The position numbers and the translations under genes were made by a program. 39,201 nt of DNA from a virus. Below the pieces are notes generated by a model. The model made no database searches. It was not told the origin of the DNA and saw only the letters and a list, made by a program, of their open reading frames with translations. Numbering within the stretch: the first letter of the stretch is position 1; each line of letters starts with the position of its first letter. The stretch is taken from UHGV virus genome UHGV-0121072; one strand, 5' to 3'. Below, one piece after another: positions 10,116 through 16,448 of this stretch.

Positions 10116-10442
10116 TCACTTGCATATCAGTTGGTTAGCGTGAAGATGACTGAAGTCACCATGAGTCGTGTGCTTGATGGTTGACCGTTGGTCTATCGCC
10201 GTCCAGCCTGAGACCAGAAGTTTACCATCGTCAGTGATTGGTCGTCCACCATACGCCAGACACATCAGTTCGGACTTATGTCCCTCGGCCCTGAGCCTTG
10301 CTTGCAGTACCCGGTCGCGCTCCTGCTGTTGACGTTCTGAGTGACTTGAGGTCCCGTGACGGTAGCCCGTAGCCAGTGCTGAAAGCAGATTAAGGTCTGC
10401 GTCAAGTGCATGGACCAAGTTGATGCCATAAGATTTACTCAT
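10116..10442 (-). CDS. Hypothetical 108-aa early protein (occupies the slot of T7 protein kinase gp0.7)
   Basis: ORF directly upstream of the gene 1 promoter; start overlaps the stop of the preceding ORF; no kinase motifs. Confidence 0.5.
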   Translation of the reverse strand: MSKSYGINLVHALDADLNLLSALATGYRHGTSSHSERQQQERDRVLQARLRAEGHKSELMCLAYGGRPITDDGKLLVSGWTAIDQRSTIKHTTHGDFSHLHANQLICK

Positions 10443-10639
10443 TACAGTTTGCTCCCAAGAGTTGCTATATCCCAGACGTTCGCTAAGTTGCGCATGAATC
10501 GTCCGTTAGGTTGGCGCACAGTCCAGCGACCCAGACGTACATAGTTGAATTTGTAGACTTTACGCGCTTTGTTGATGTCTCTCACCAGCACGTAGACTAT
10601 AAGTCCATAGCCTATGGCTATCAATAGTGCGATACTCAT
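10442..10639 (-). CDS. Small membrane protein, 65 aa (N-terminal TM helix, basic C-terminus)
   Basis: ATG at 10639 overlaps the stop of the upstream 29-aa ORF (ATGA); hydrophobic segment IALLIAIGYGLIVYVLV. Confidence 0.45.
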   Translation of the reverse strand: MSIALLIAIGYGLIVYVLVRDINKARKVYKFNYVRLGRWTVRQPNGRFMRNLANVWDIATLGSKL

Positions 10640-10725
10640 AGTGATTTCCGTTTAATACAATCGTATATACCATAACCCATCATCCAGATAACTGGCGCTA
10701 GGCATACCCAGTAACCGATGTTCAT
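10636..10725 (-). CDS. Candidate 29-aa hydrophobic peptide
   Basis: ATG at 10725 with AGGAG SD 6 nt upstream; MNIGYWVCLAPVIWMMGYGIYDCIKRKSL; coupled to the next ORF. Confidence 0.25.
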   Translation of the reverse strand: MNIGYWVCLAPVIWMMGYGIYDCIKRKSL

Positions 10726-10751
10726 AGTTAACTCCTATCAATGTAAGTGAT

Positions 10752-10792
10752 AATCTTTGAGGCCACCTATCAGTCAGATGACCTCTCGTCTA
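10752..10792 (-). promoter_or_regulatory. Conserved stem-loop, candidate RNase III site (variant)
   Basis: aatctttgaggccac...atgacct... variant of the stem-loop family. Confidence 0.4.
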
Positions 10793-10798
10793 TCACTC

Positions 10799-11146
10799 CT
10801 ACACTTCCACCTCGATGGTTGTCATCTTGGTCACAGTAAGACCACCAGCAAGCTCAACCGCATAGCGTATCGCCTCCTCTTTGGACTTGAAGTCCTTTCC
10901 CGCAAGGTGGTATATGTCCCCTGTTATTACCTTAGATGGCCTGCGACTTACCGCAATAGCGTTTTCCATGGTAAGCTCACCACGGCTATACTGAGTAAAC
11001 CAGCGCTTCACCGAACTCGTCCCCACCCCGAACTTTTTGGCGGTTTCCGTCACCCTATCTATAACTCCCTCAGGCAGGGAGGTGTAGTAGTTAACAACGT
11101 TGAGTTTAAATGCTACCGAGAATACATTGCGAGTTTTAGCAGTCAT
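10799..11146 (-). CDS. Early protein with IS3/IS911 OrfA-type helix-turn-helix (HTH_Tnp_1-like), 115 aa
   Basis: N-terminus VFSVAFKLNVVNYYTSLPEGVIDRVTETAKKFGVGTSSVKRWFTQYSRG follows the IS3-family OrfA HTH pattern; no transposase catalytic domain follows. Confidence 0.55.
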   Translation of the reverse strand: MTAKTRNVFSVAFKLNVVNYYTSLPEGVIDRVTETAKKFGVGTSSVKRWFTQYSRGELTMENAIAVSRRPSKVITGDIYHLAGKDFKSKEEAIRYAVELAGGLTVTKMTTIEVEV

Positions 11147-11176
11147 TATTCTTTCCTTCTGTGGTTGTCAAGTGGT

Positions 11177-11210
11177 AATCACTCAGGCCACCATGTAGAT
11201 GACCTGTAGT
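11177..11210 (-). promoter_or_regulatory. Conserved stem-loop, candidate RNase III site (variant)
   Basis: aatcactcaggccacc atgtag atgacct variant of the family. Confidence 0.4.
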
Positions 11211-11217
11211 TTAACAC

Positions 11218-11343
11218 TCAGTACCCACCTGTCAGCGTTATGGTCAGACTTTGGTGATTAGCTACGTAGCAAGCACCACGCTTCATCATCTCGTAGCACC
11301 CATTGTAGAACGCCTGTTCACTGCTATAAGTTATCTGGTACAT
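11218..11343 (-). CDS. Candidate 41-aa early protein
   Basis: ATG at 11343 with GAGGA SD, TGA at 11220..11218; MYQITYSSEQAFYNGCYEMMKRGACYVANHQSLTITLTGGY. Confidence 0.3.
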   Translation of the reverse strand: MYQITYSSEQAFYNGCYEMMKRGACYVANHQSLTITLTGGY

Positions 11344-11500
11344 AGTTGCTTGTCCTCAGCGCGTAAGCTGTCGTATAGACGCTTGCGGCCCTCGTAGACC
11401 TCTTTCAGGTGACGCATAGTCGCATCGTGGTTTAACTGCCCGGTCTTGACCATAAGCCTGGCGTTGGTGACGTGGTGCTGGCAGAGACCATAAGTTAACA

Positions 11501-11845
11501 TCACTCGCAGTCCTCCTCGTCGCTCTCTTCAGCCTCAAACCAGACCACATCCGAGCTATCGAGCACGTCATTATATAGCGCCTCATAGATGCGAGCTTGC
11601 AATATACGCGTTACGTCCTTGGTCTCAGGCATCAGCCCAGAGTCTTCGAACTCGTGGTCTATACCATCAGCAGCCATCACCGTGAAGATCTCGTGGTAAT
11701 AGTGCGGAACCTGACTGTCTACGACTTCATGCAGCGCATCATGGTAGTCATCGCCTTCAGCTATTTCGTCGTACTGAATACGCTCGTTAAAGGCCTCAAC
11801 GGTTGCAGTCAGCAGCTCATAGTATGCGTTAGCGTTACGTTCCAT
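11501..11845 (-). CDS. ocr: Ocr (overcome classical restriction) DNA-mimic anti-restriction protein
   Basis: 114 aa; VPHYYHEIFTVMAADGIDHEFEDSGLMPETKDVTRILQARIYE nearly identical to T7 gp0.3; acidic C-terminus. Confidence 0.9.
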   Translation of the reverse strand: MERNANAYYELLTATVEAFNERIQYDEIAEGDDYHDALHEVVDSQVPHYYHEIFTVMAADGIDHEFEDSGLMPETKDVTRILQARIYEALYNDVLDSSDVVWFEAEESDEEDCE

Positions 11846-11876
11846 AGTTATATCCTCTCAGTTGTTAGTGACCATC

Positions 11877-11913
11877 AGTCAGGGCCTTCAGATGTAGACT
11901 CAAAGACCCTGTA
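11877..11913 (-). promoter_or_regulatory. Stem-loop upstream of ocr, candidate RNase III site
   Basis: Minus-sense CAGGGUCUU...AAGGCCCUG 9-bp stem; T7 has an RNase III site before gene 0.3. Confidence 0.4.
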
Positions 11914-12027
11914 GTTAGTCGCTATCGGCGCACATTAAGAGTTTATCCAGATTGTTAAAGAGCATTCCCTTCAGTCAGATGACTTCAGGTAGACCATTTC
12001 AGTGTTGGTCGTCACCGTTGTTTCGAT

Positions 12028-12064
12028 GTGGTACAGCTTACATCTTATCGTTACTGCTTGTCAA
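12028..12064 (-). promoter_or_regulatory. Host sigma70-type early promoter (T7 A2/A3-like)
   Basis: TTGACA, 18 bp, TAAGCT, then GTACCACATCGAAAC, closely resembling the T7 A3 region. Confidence 0.45.
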
Positions 12065-12169
12065 CTACTTTCTGTCATCTGCCTGTTGTTCGTATGACTT
12101 ATCAGGTTGTCTACTTAACCGGGATGACCCGGCGTCTTCACTATCCGGTTGTTGCCGTGTCGTGTTGAC

Positions 12170-12205
12170 GGAAGCTATTAAGCCATAGTCTAGACCTATA
12201 GTCAA
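12170..12205 (-). promoter_or_regulatory. Host sigma70-type early promoter (T7 A1-like)
   Basis: AT-rich upstream tract, TTGACT, 17 bp, CTTAAT; downstream ...CCGGTTAAGTAGACAACCTGATAAGTC resembles the T7 A1 leader. Confidence 0.4.
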
Positions 12206-12950
12206 TAGGAAATCTTAAATAATATTGATTAAGCTATCGTCGGCCCCATGGCGTAAGAGGATAGTCTTTGACTAACATGTATTAGACCTTAAGTCTATAG
12301 CTTTGTGTCTATTAGACTGTAGGTCTTTGACTGTAGGTAATGGCTTTACCGATGGTCGGTGACTGTAGGTTGTAGGACTGTAGGTTGTTGAGACCTATGG
12401 TTATACAGATAGGGACTCAGAGACAGACCAATAGTCCCTACCTATCGTCCTGACCTCCAGCCATAGCCTCTACCTATCGTTGACCAATAGTCCCACCTAT
12501 CGTTGACCAATAGTCCCACCTATCGTTGACCAATAGTCCCACCATCTGTCCAACCCTTATGATAGACTGGAGGTAGGGGCCACCCTTTGTCTGGACTGAA
12601 AGAGGGCCTATGGGGAGACTTGAGGTTCTTGAACTGTGAGATGTGGTCTCAAACTTTTGGTATAAAACTCATCGAAGACTGTAGGTGGCAGCTACTGTAG
12701 GTCAAGGACCGTAGGTCAGGCGACACTAGGATAGACCAATAAGTAGGATGACCCTAAGTGAGATTCTATTAAGGTGTTACCTAAAGTCCTTGACTACAGT
12801 ATCTAAGGTCAGTAGAGTAGCGTCAGCTATGAACTGACCTTAGGTCTTCAATGCGCGTATTCCCACTCCGTCTGATAATCTTCATCAGAGAACGACCCAT
12901 AAGACTCCTCGTCCATCCCTACCTCCTTTCGTTGATTGTTACCATGATTG
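12206..12950. repeat. Non-coding genome-terminus region with dispersed decamer repeats (plus-strand gactgtaggt and variants, at least 7 copies)
   Basis: No credible ORF; repeated decamers at 12315, 12329, 12361, 12377, 12677, 12693, 12707; position (between gene 19.5-like ORF and early promoters) equals the T7 terminal repeat/concatemer junction. Confidence 0.6.
12425..12551. repeat. Tandem repeat array, 23-bp unit acctatcgttgaccaatagtccc: 3 perfect copies (12472..12540) plus degenerate flanking copies
   Basis: Seen directly; contiguous identical units without spacers. Confidence 0.85.
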
Positions 12951-12952
12951 CG

Positions 12953-13111
12953 TTAATTACACTGAGACACCAGAGAACATACGAGAGTCTCGACCCACCC
13001 GACCCACTGACTTCCAGCAGTAACGCCAGCAGCAAGTAGAACAGCAGTAAGAAACCTATATGTAGCTCGATTGGTCGCCAGAGCTTTAAGTACAGCTTTG
13101 GTCTTTGCCAT
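12953..13111 (-). CDS. Candidate 52-aa membrane protein (gene 19.5 position)
   Basis: ATG at 13111 with AGGAGG SD; hydrophobic FLTAVLLAAGVTAGSQWVGWV; downstream of the terminal promoter as in T7. Confidence 0.3.
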   Translation of the reverse strand: MAKTKAVLKALATNRATYRFLTAVLLAAGVTAGSQWVGWVETLVCSLVSQCN

Positions 13112-13291
13112 ATGCTACATACCTCCTGTATCTATGGTCTGTGACTATCTGTATTGGAGGGATTATGATTAATATCACCCTCCTTCCATCGGTGCAAGCC
13201 TTAGGTAAGAACTCGGAGTCTGCCTCCTAAGGTCTTGCATAAAGTCTGCATATGTATATTCACTACAGTAATACTATAAGTAACCGGGGGT

Positions 13292-13313
13292 CTTCCCTAT
13301 AGTGATAGTTAAG
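13292..13313 (-). promoter_or_regulatory. Phage RNAP promoter (CTTAACTATCACTATAGGGA) after the terminase gene (phiOR-like)
   Basis: Consensus copy near the genome right end. Confidence 0.7.
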
Positions 13314-13408
13314 TCCAAACTCCTTGTAAAACAGTAGGTTAGACTGGTAGTAACTATAGGTTACTAACCGCGTATTAATGCAGCTTTCACCAATAGTTAT
13401 TCATTCAT

Positions 13409-15172
13409 CTAGTGGAACGTAACGTAGGACCCTAGTCCCAGCTCGTCGTCCGTATCGTGAGTTACCCGGACCCCATTGTCCCAGAACTCAGTGTGGATGG
13501 ACTCGAAGCCTTTCCGTGGGTTCTCCATCTGTTCCTCCAGCCACTCCTCAGTGACTTCACGTTCGCCTTTGTTGGCATCCTTAGCCATCGACTCAACGAA
13601 GAACTGTACACCGATAGCCAGCGCATCAAGTCGGTCATCGTGTGCCAAGGCTCCACGTTCACGAGAGATACGGGTCATCTGGTAGAAGAGAGAGTAGATA
13701 GGGTTACGAACACCATCCTTGTCAGAGGCTGTCTGGTAGTCTTGGACGATAGCAGCAGCGTTAACGATAAGTCGGTGAGACCCCATGATAGGCTCCAGAA
13801 CGTCACAGATGCGGAGTTCTTTCTGACCCTTACTCTTCACTTCAGTTACAGCAGCAGGATGGATACGGGCCGCTACAGGCTTGAATAGCTCAAGGTACAT
13901 ACCATCACCGAAGTTACCCTCAATGACGTATTCGTTGACCTTCCACTTATGACCAATCTTAGCCAGAGCTTCCAGAGTAGAGTCTTCGTATCCACCACGC
14001 ATACCACCAACCTCCATAGCGAAGATGTAGCCGTTGAGCTGGTACAATACCGCATAACCAGTTTCATCCTTACCACGACCACTAGGGTCAATGACCAGAA
14101 TCTTCTGGGTGTATGAGCTGAACGCAGAACCTACAGTCTGATACGTGTGGTACGAGTCACCAATGAGTCCAACGTTAGGAACGTCCTCACGCTTGTTCTG
14201 ATGGTTCGGCAACCATTGGTAGACCATTGGGCTAGACGCTGGGTCTAAGTCCGCTACGATAAGGTCACGGAGCTTCAGAGGGTATTTCTCGGCATCACTC
14301 AGGTTCGGGTTAAGCATGAACTGTAGAGCGAAGCCAGCTTTACCGTAGGACAGCTCACGTTCCTTCAGGTCAGTATCGTCGAATCGAACTTCATCGGTCG
14401 GACGCCAGTAGAAGGCCTCAGGGTCCTCTTCAAGCTCTGCCTGAAGCATAGGAGCCAGACGGTCTCCGTAAGACTGCCAGTCCTTCCTGTCGCGTGGATA
14501 ACGAGCAGGCCAGATAGTAGTGGTGTATCCACGGCCTTCTAGCTCACGATACAAGGTCATCTCGTTCTGAGGAGTACCCAGATAGATGATTGTACCTCCC
14601 GGCTTCAGGATAGCGTCGAACTCTTTCACAAGCTCTGACAGGCGGTCTCTTGCAGCCTGAGTCGCTGAGTTGTTCGGAACCTCAACGTCATCGGCAATCA
14701 GGATGTCAGCACGACTACCAGTCAACTGACCAGTGATACCAACTGACTTAACAGAAGGTGAGTGGTCAGGCTTGGCTGGCCCAACGTCGAAGCTAATAAC
14801 CGCATCTCGCTGTCCCTGCTTAGGTTTGAGTTCCTGAAGCTGAGGCATGAGGTCGATGATTCGCTTGATGAATATGGAGTTAGCATCAGCTCGTTCCTTT
14901 GAGGCAGACACAATCATGAACTTCAAGTCTGGGTTGTTCCATAGTTTCCAGACCACGAATGCACACGTAATGAAGGACTTCCCGATACCACGGAACGCCT
15001 GTAAGATGAAACGCCTGTTGTCCCCAGCCGATAGTTTCTTCGCCATGTCAATCTGACAGCGAGTCGGGACTGGGAGTGACAGAGCTTTCCATAGAACAAA
15101 CAGGAAGAACACGAAGTCTGCCTTCATACGGGCAGTCATTAGCGCCTGACGCGCCACTAAGTCTTTACTCAA
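13409..15172 (-). CDS. gp19: Terminase large subunit (TTG start)
   Basis: 587 aa; [73 protein letters not shown] match T7 gp19. Start codon at 15172..15170 is TTG with AAGGAGG SD 7 nt upstream. Confidence 0.93.
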   Translation of the reverse strand: MSKDLVARQALMTARMKADFVFFLFVLWKALSLPVPTRCQIDMAKKLSAGDNRRFILQAFRGIGKSFITCAFVVWKLWNNPDLKFMIVSASKERADANSIFIKRIIDLMPQLQELKPKQGQRDAVISFDVGPAKPDHSPSVKSVGITGQLTGSRADILIADDVEVPNNSATQAARDRLSELVKEFDAILKPGGTIIYLGTPQNEMTLYRELEGRGYTTTIWPARYPRDRKDWQSYGDRLAPMLQAELEEDPEAFYWRPTDEVRFDDTDLKERELSYGKAGFALQFMLNPNLSDAEKYPLKLRDLIVADLDPASSPMVYQWLPNHQNKREDVPNVGLIGDSYHTYQTVGSAFSSYTQKILVIDPSGRGKDETGYAVLYQLNGYIFAMEVGGMRGGYEDSTLEALAKIGHKWKVNEYVIEGNFGDGMYLELFKPVAARIHPAAVTEVKSKGQKELRICDVLEPIMGSHRLIVNAAAIVQDYQTASDKDGVRNPIYSLFYQMTRISRERGALAHDDRLDALAIGVQFFVESMAKDANKGEREVTEEWLEEQMENPRKGFESIHTEFWDNGVRVTHDTDDELGLGSYVTFH

Positions 15173-15330
15173 GGTCTCACCTCCTTAGTTACCTTAAACC
15201 CAATCATCGTCGGGTTCTTACCGGAAGTCAGGGCCTCAGTAGCAACCCTGTAGGCAGACTCAATGCTTGTATAACGCCACCCAAGCATCTCAGAGCCGTC
15301 CAAGAACAGGTAGGTAGTCTTCCACATCAT
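15169..15330 (-). CDS. Candidate 53-aa protein between spanin and terminase genes
   Basis: ATGATG at 15330 overlaps the i-spanin stop with AAGGAGA SD; its TGA overlaps the terminase TTG start (TTGA). T7 has only a short gap here. Confidence 0.35.
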   Translation of the reverse strand: MMWKTTYLFLDGSEMLGWRYTSIESAYRVATEALTSGKNPTMIGFKVTKEVRP

Positions 15331-15773
15331 CTGGTCTCCTTATCTTGCTGTAAGGCTCTCACAGTGTCCTGAAGGGCCTTAATCCATTTGTCTCCTTTCA
15401 CTCCGATGGCGATAAGACGTTTAGCGTCTCGTTCGTCAAGTTCGGCGTAACCATCAATGACGCATCGACCGTCACTTTGCGTGGTTCCACTCGTTGGTTT
15501 GACTCGGATGCGCAACCGCTTATTGTCAGACTGAAGGTCAGCAATAATCCTATCAGTGCTGCCTTCCAGCGAGGACATTTCGTCCTGAAACCGTTTGGAC
15601 ACCTTGTTGACTTCAGCTTGGACAGCAAGTCTTGTATCCTCCGATGCCTTAAGATTCGAGGTGTATTCTGCATTGACCTTAGCCTCCCACTTATTGTTAG
15701 CGGTGTGGTAGCCGCCAGCAAACATCACTGCTGCAAGTAGCCACGGAGCCGCTCTCTTTAAAAATTCGAGCAT
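15327..15773 (-). CDS. gp18.5: i-spanin (Rz-like)
   Basis: 148 aa with N-terminal TM segment AAPWLLAAVMFAGGY and coiled-coil periplasmic part; GGGAGG SD. Confidence 0.8.
   Translation of the reverse strand: MLEFLKRAAPWLLAAVMFAGGYHTANNKWEAKVNAEYTSNLKASEDTRLAVQAEVNKVSKRFQDEMSSLEGSTDRIIADLQSDNKRLRIRVKPTSGTTQSDGRCVIDGYAELDERDAKRLIAIGVKGDKWIKALQDTVRALQQDKETR
15398..15673 (-). CDS. gp18.7: o-spanin (Rz1-like lipoprotein), embedded in the i-spanin gene in another frame
   Basis: ATG at 15673 with GGGAGG SD; lipobox LTISGC after hydrophobic ALIGLLLTFS; Pro-rich mature part. Confidence 0.7.
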   Translation of the reverse strand: MQNTPRILRHRRIQDLLSKLKSTRCPNGFRTKCPRWKAALIGLLLTFSLTISGCASESNQRVEPRKVTVDASLMVTPNLTNETLNVLSPSE

Positions 15774-15825
15774 AGTTGCCCTCCCAGTTTTCCAGATTTC
15801 ACGTAGCGTTACCTACGATAGTGTT

Positions 15826-15867
15826 AATCATAAAGGCCACCTACTACATGTAGATGACCTTGAGTCT
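15826..15867 (-). promoter_or_regulatory. Conserved stem-loop, candidate RNase III site (between gp18 and gp18.5)
   Basis: aatcataaaggccac ctactacatgtag atgaccttgagtcta; T7 has an RNase III site at this junction. Confidence 0.5.
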
Positions 15868-15882
15868 AACACTTAAGAGATA

Positions 15883-16146
15883 TTACTGTACTCCATATCC
15901 AGTGTCATTATCTTCCGTAGCGGAGAGCACCTTATCGTACTCTGCGTTCAGGGCCTCCATATCAGCCAGCGTCTTCTCGTCCACAGACACCTTGCTTAAC
16001 ACAAAGTTGTGACGAGCTAGCAGCTTCTCAATGGCGTTGTAGAGCTGAGGTGAACGCTTAGAGTCATCCCGCAGGTCTTGCAGCATGAGTCGAGCACGTT
16101 CAGTATCCAGCATCAAGAGGAACTTCTCTAAGTCCATCTGCGTCAT
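15883..16146 (-). CDS. gp18: Terminase small subunit
   Basis: 87 aa; synteny (after holin, before spanins) and RSPQLYNAIEKLLARH resembling T7 gp18. Confidence 0.7.
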   Translation of the reverse strand: MTQMDLEKFLLMLDTERARLMLQDLRDDSKRSPQLYNAIEKLLARHNFVLSKVSVDEKTLADMEALNAEYDKVLSATEDNDTGYGVQ

Positions 16147-16337
16147 GTTTTACCACCTCCTTTAATCGTTTTGTAGACTAGCACACCAATCTGGACAACG
16201 GTGTACGCGATAGCTGCAACGTAGAACCATTCGTTCAGTGTAAGTCCGAAGAAGAACCGACTGGCACCATCAGCCGCAGCGGTCCCGACGATAGGAGAGG
16301 CTTTAAGGACCTCATTCTTGAAGTCTAACTCAATCAT
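16143..16337 (-). CDS. gp17.5: Holin (class II)
   Basis: 64 aa; KASPIVGTAAADGASRFFFGLTLNEWFYVAAIAYTVVQIG nearly identical to T7 gp17.5. Confidence 0.85.
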   Translation of the reverse strand: MIELDFKNEVLKASPIVGTAAADGASRFFFGLTLNEWFYVAAIAYTVVQIGVLVYKTIKGGGKT

Positions 16338-16448
16338 AAAACCTCCAGTTTAAAGCGGGACGTCCGTGACCCAAAGTTGTTACCTTACGTTGGTCAGCGT
16401 GTAGTTAGCCTATAATGAGAAACTAACACCGCCGAAGCTGGGTTTTGA

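Noticed and set aside
10799-11146. HTH protein as part of an intact insertion sequence
   Set aside because: No adjacent transposase catalytic ORF, no frameshift window, and no terminal inverted repeats noticed; retained as a standalone HTH gene rather than a mobile element.
11356-11586. 76-aa minus-strand ORF overlapping the 3' end of ocr in another frame
   Set aside because: Starts well inside the strongly conserved ocr reading frame with no SD; Arg-rich low-complexity translation. A short real gene may exist in the 11344..11500 gap but the frame cannot be chosen from sequence alone.
12425-12551. Tandem 23-bp repeats considered as a CRISPR array
   Set aside because: Units are directly contiguous with no spacers, only three perfect copies, no cas genes, and the context is a phage genome terminus.
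16409-16426. Promoter-like sequence upstream of the holin gene
   Set aside because: Only about 10 of 18 positions match the promoter consensus (plus strand cctataatgagaaactaa versus cctatagtgatagtttag) and the -12 to -8 region is not conserved; probably a chance partial match.
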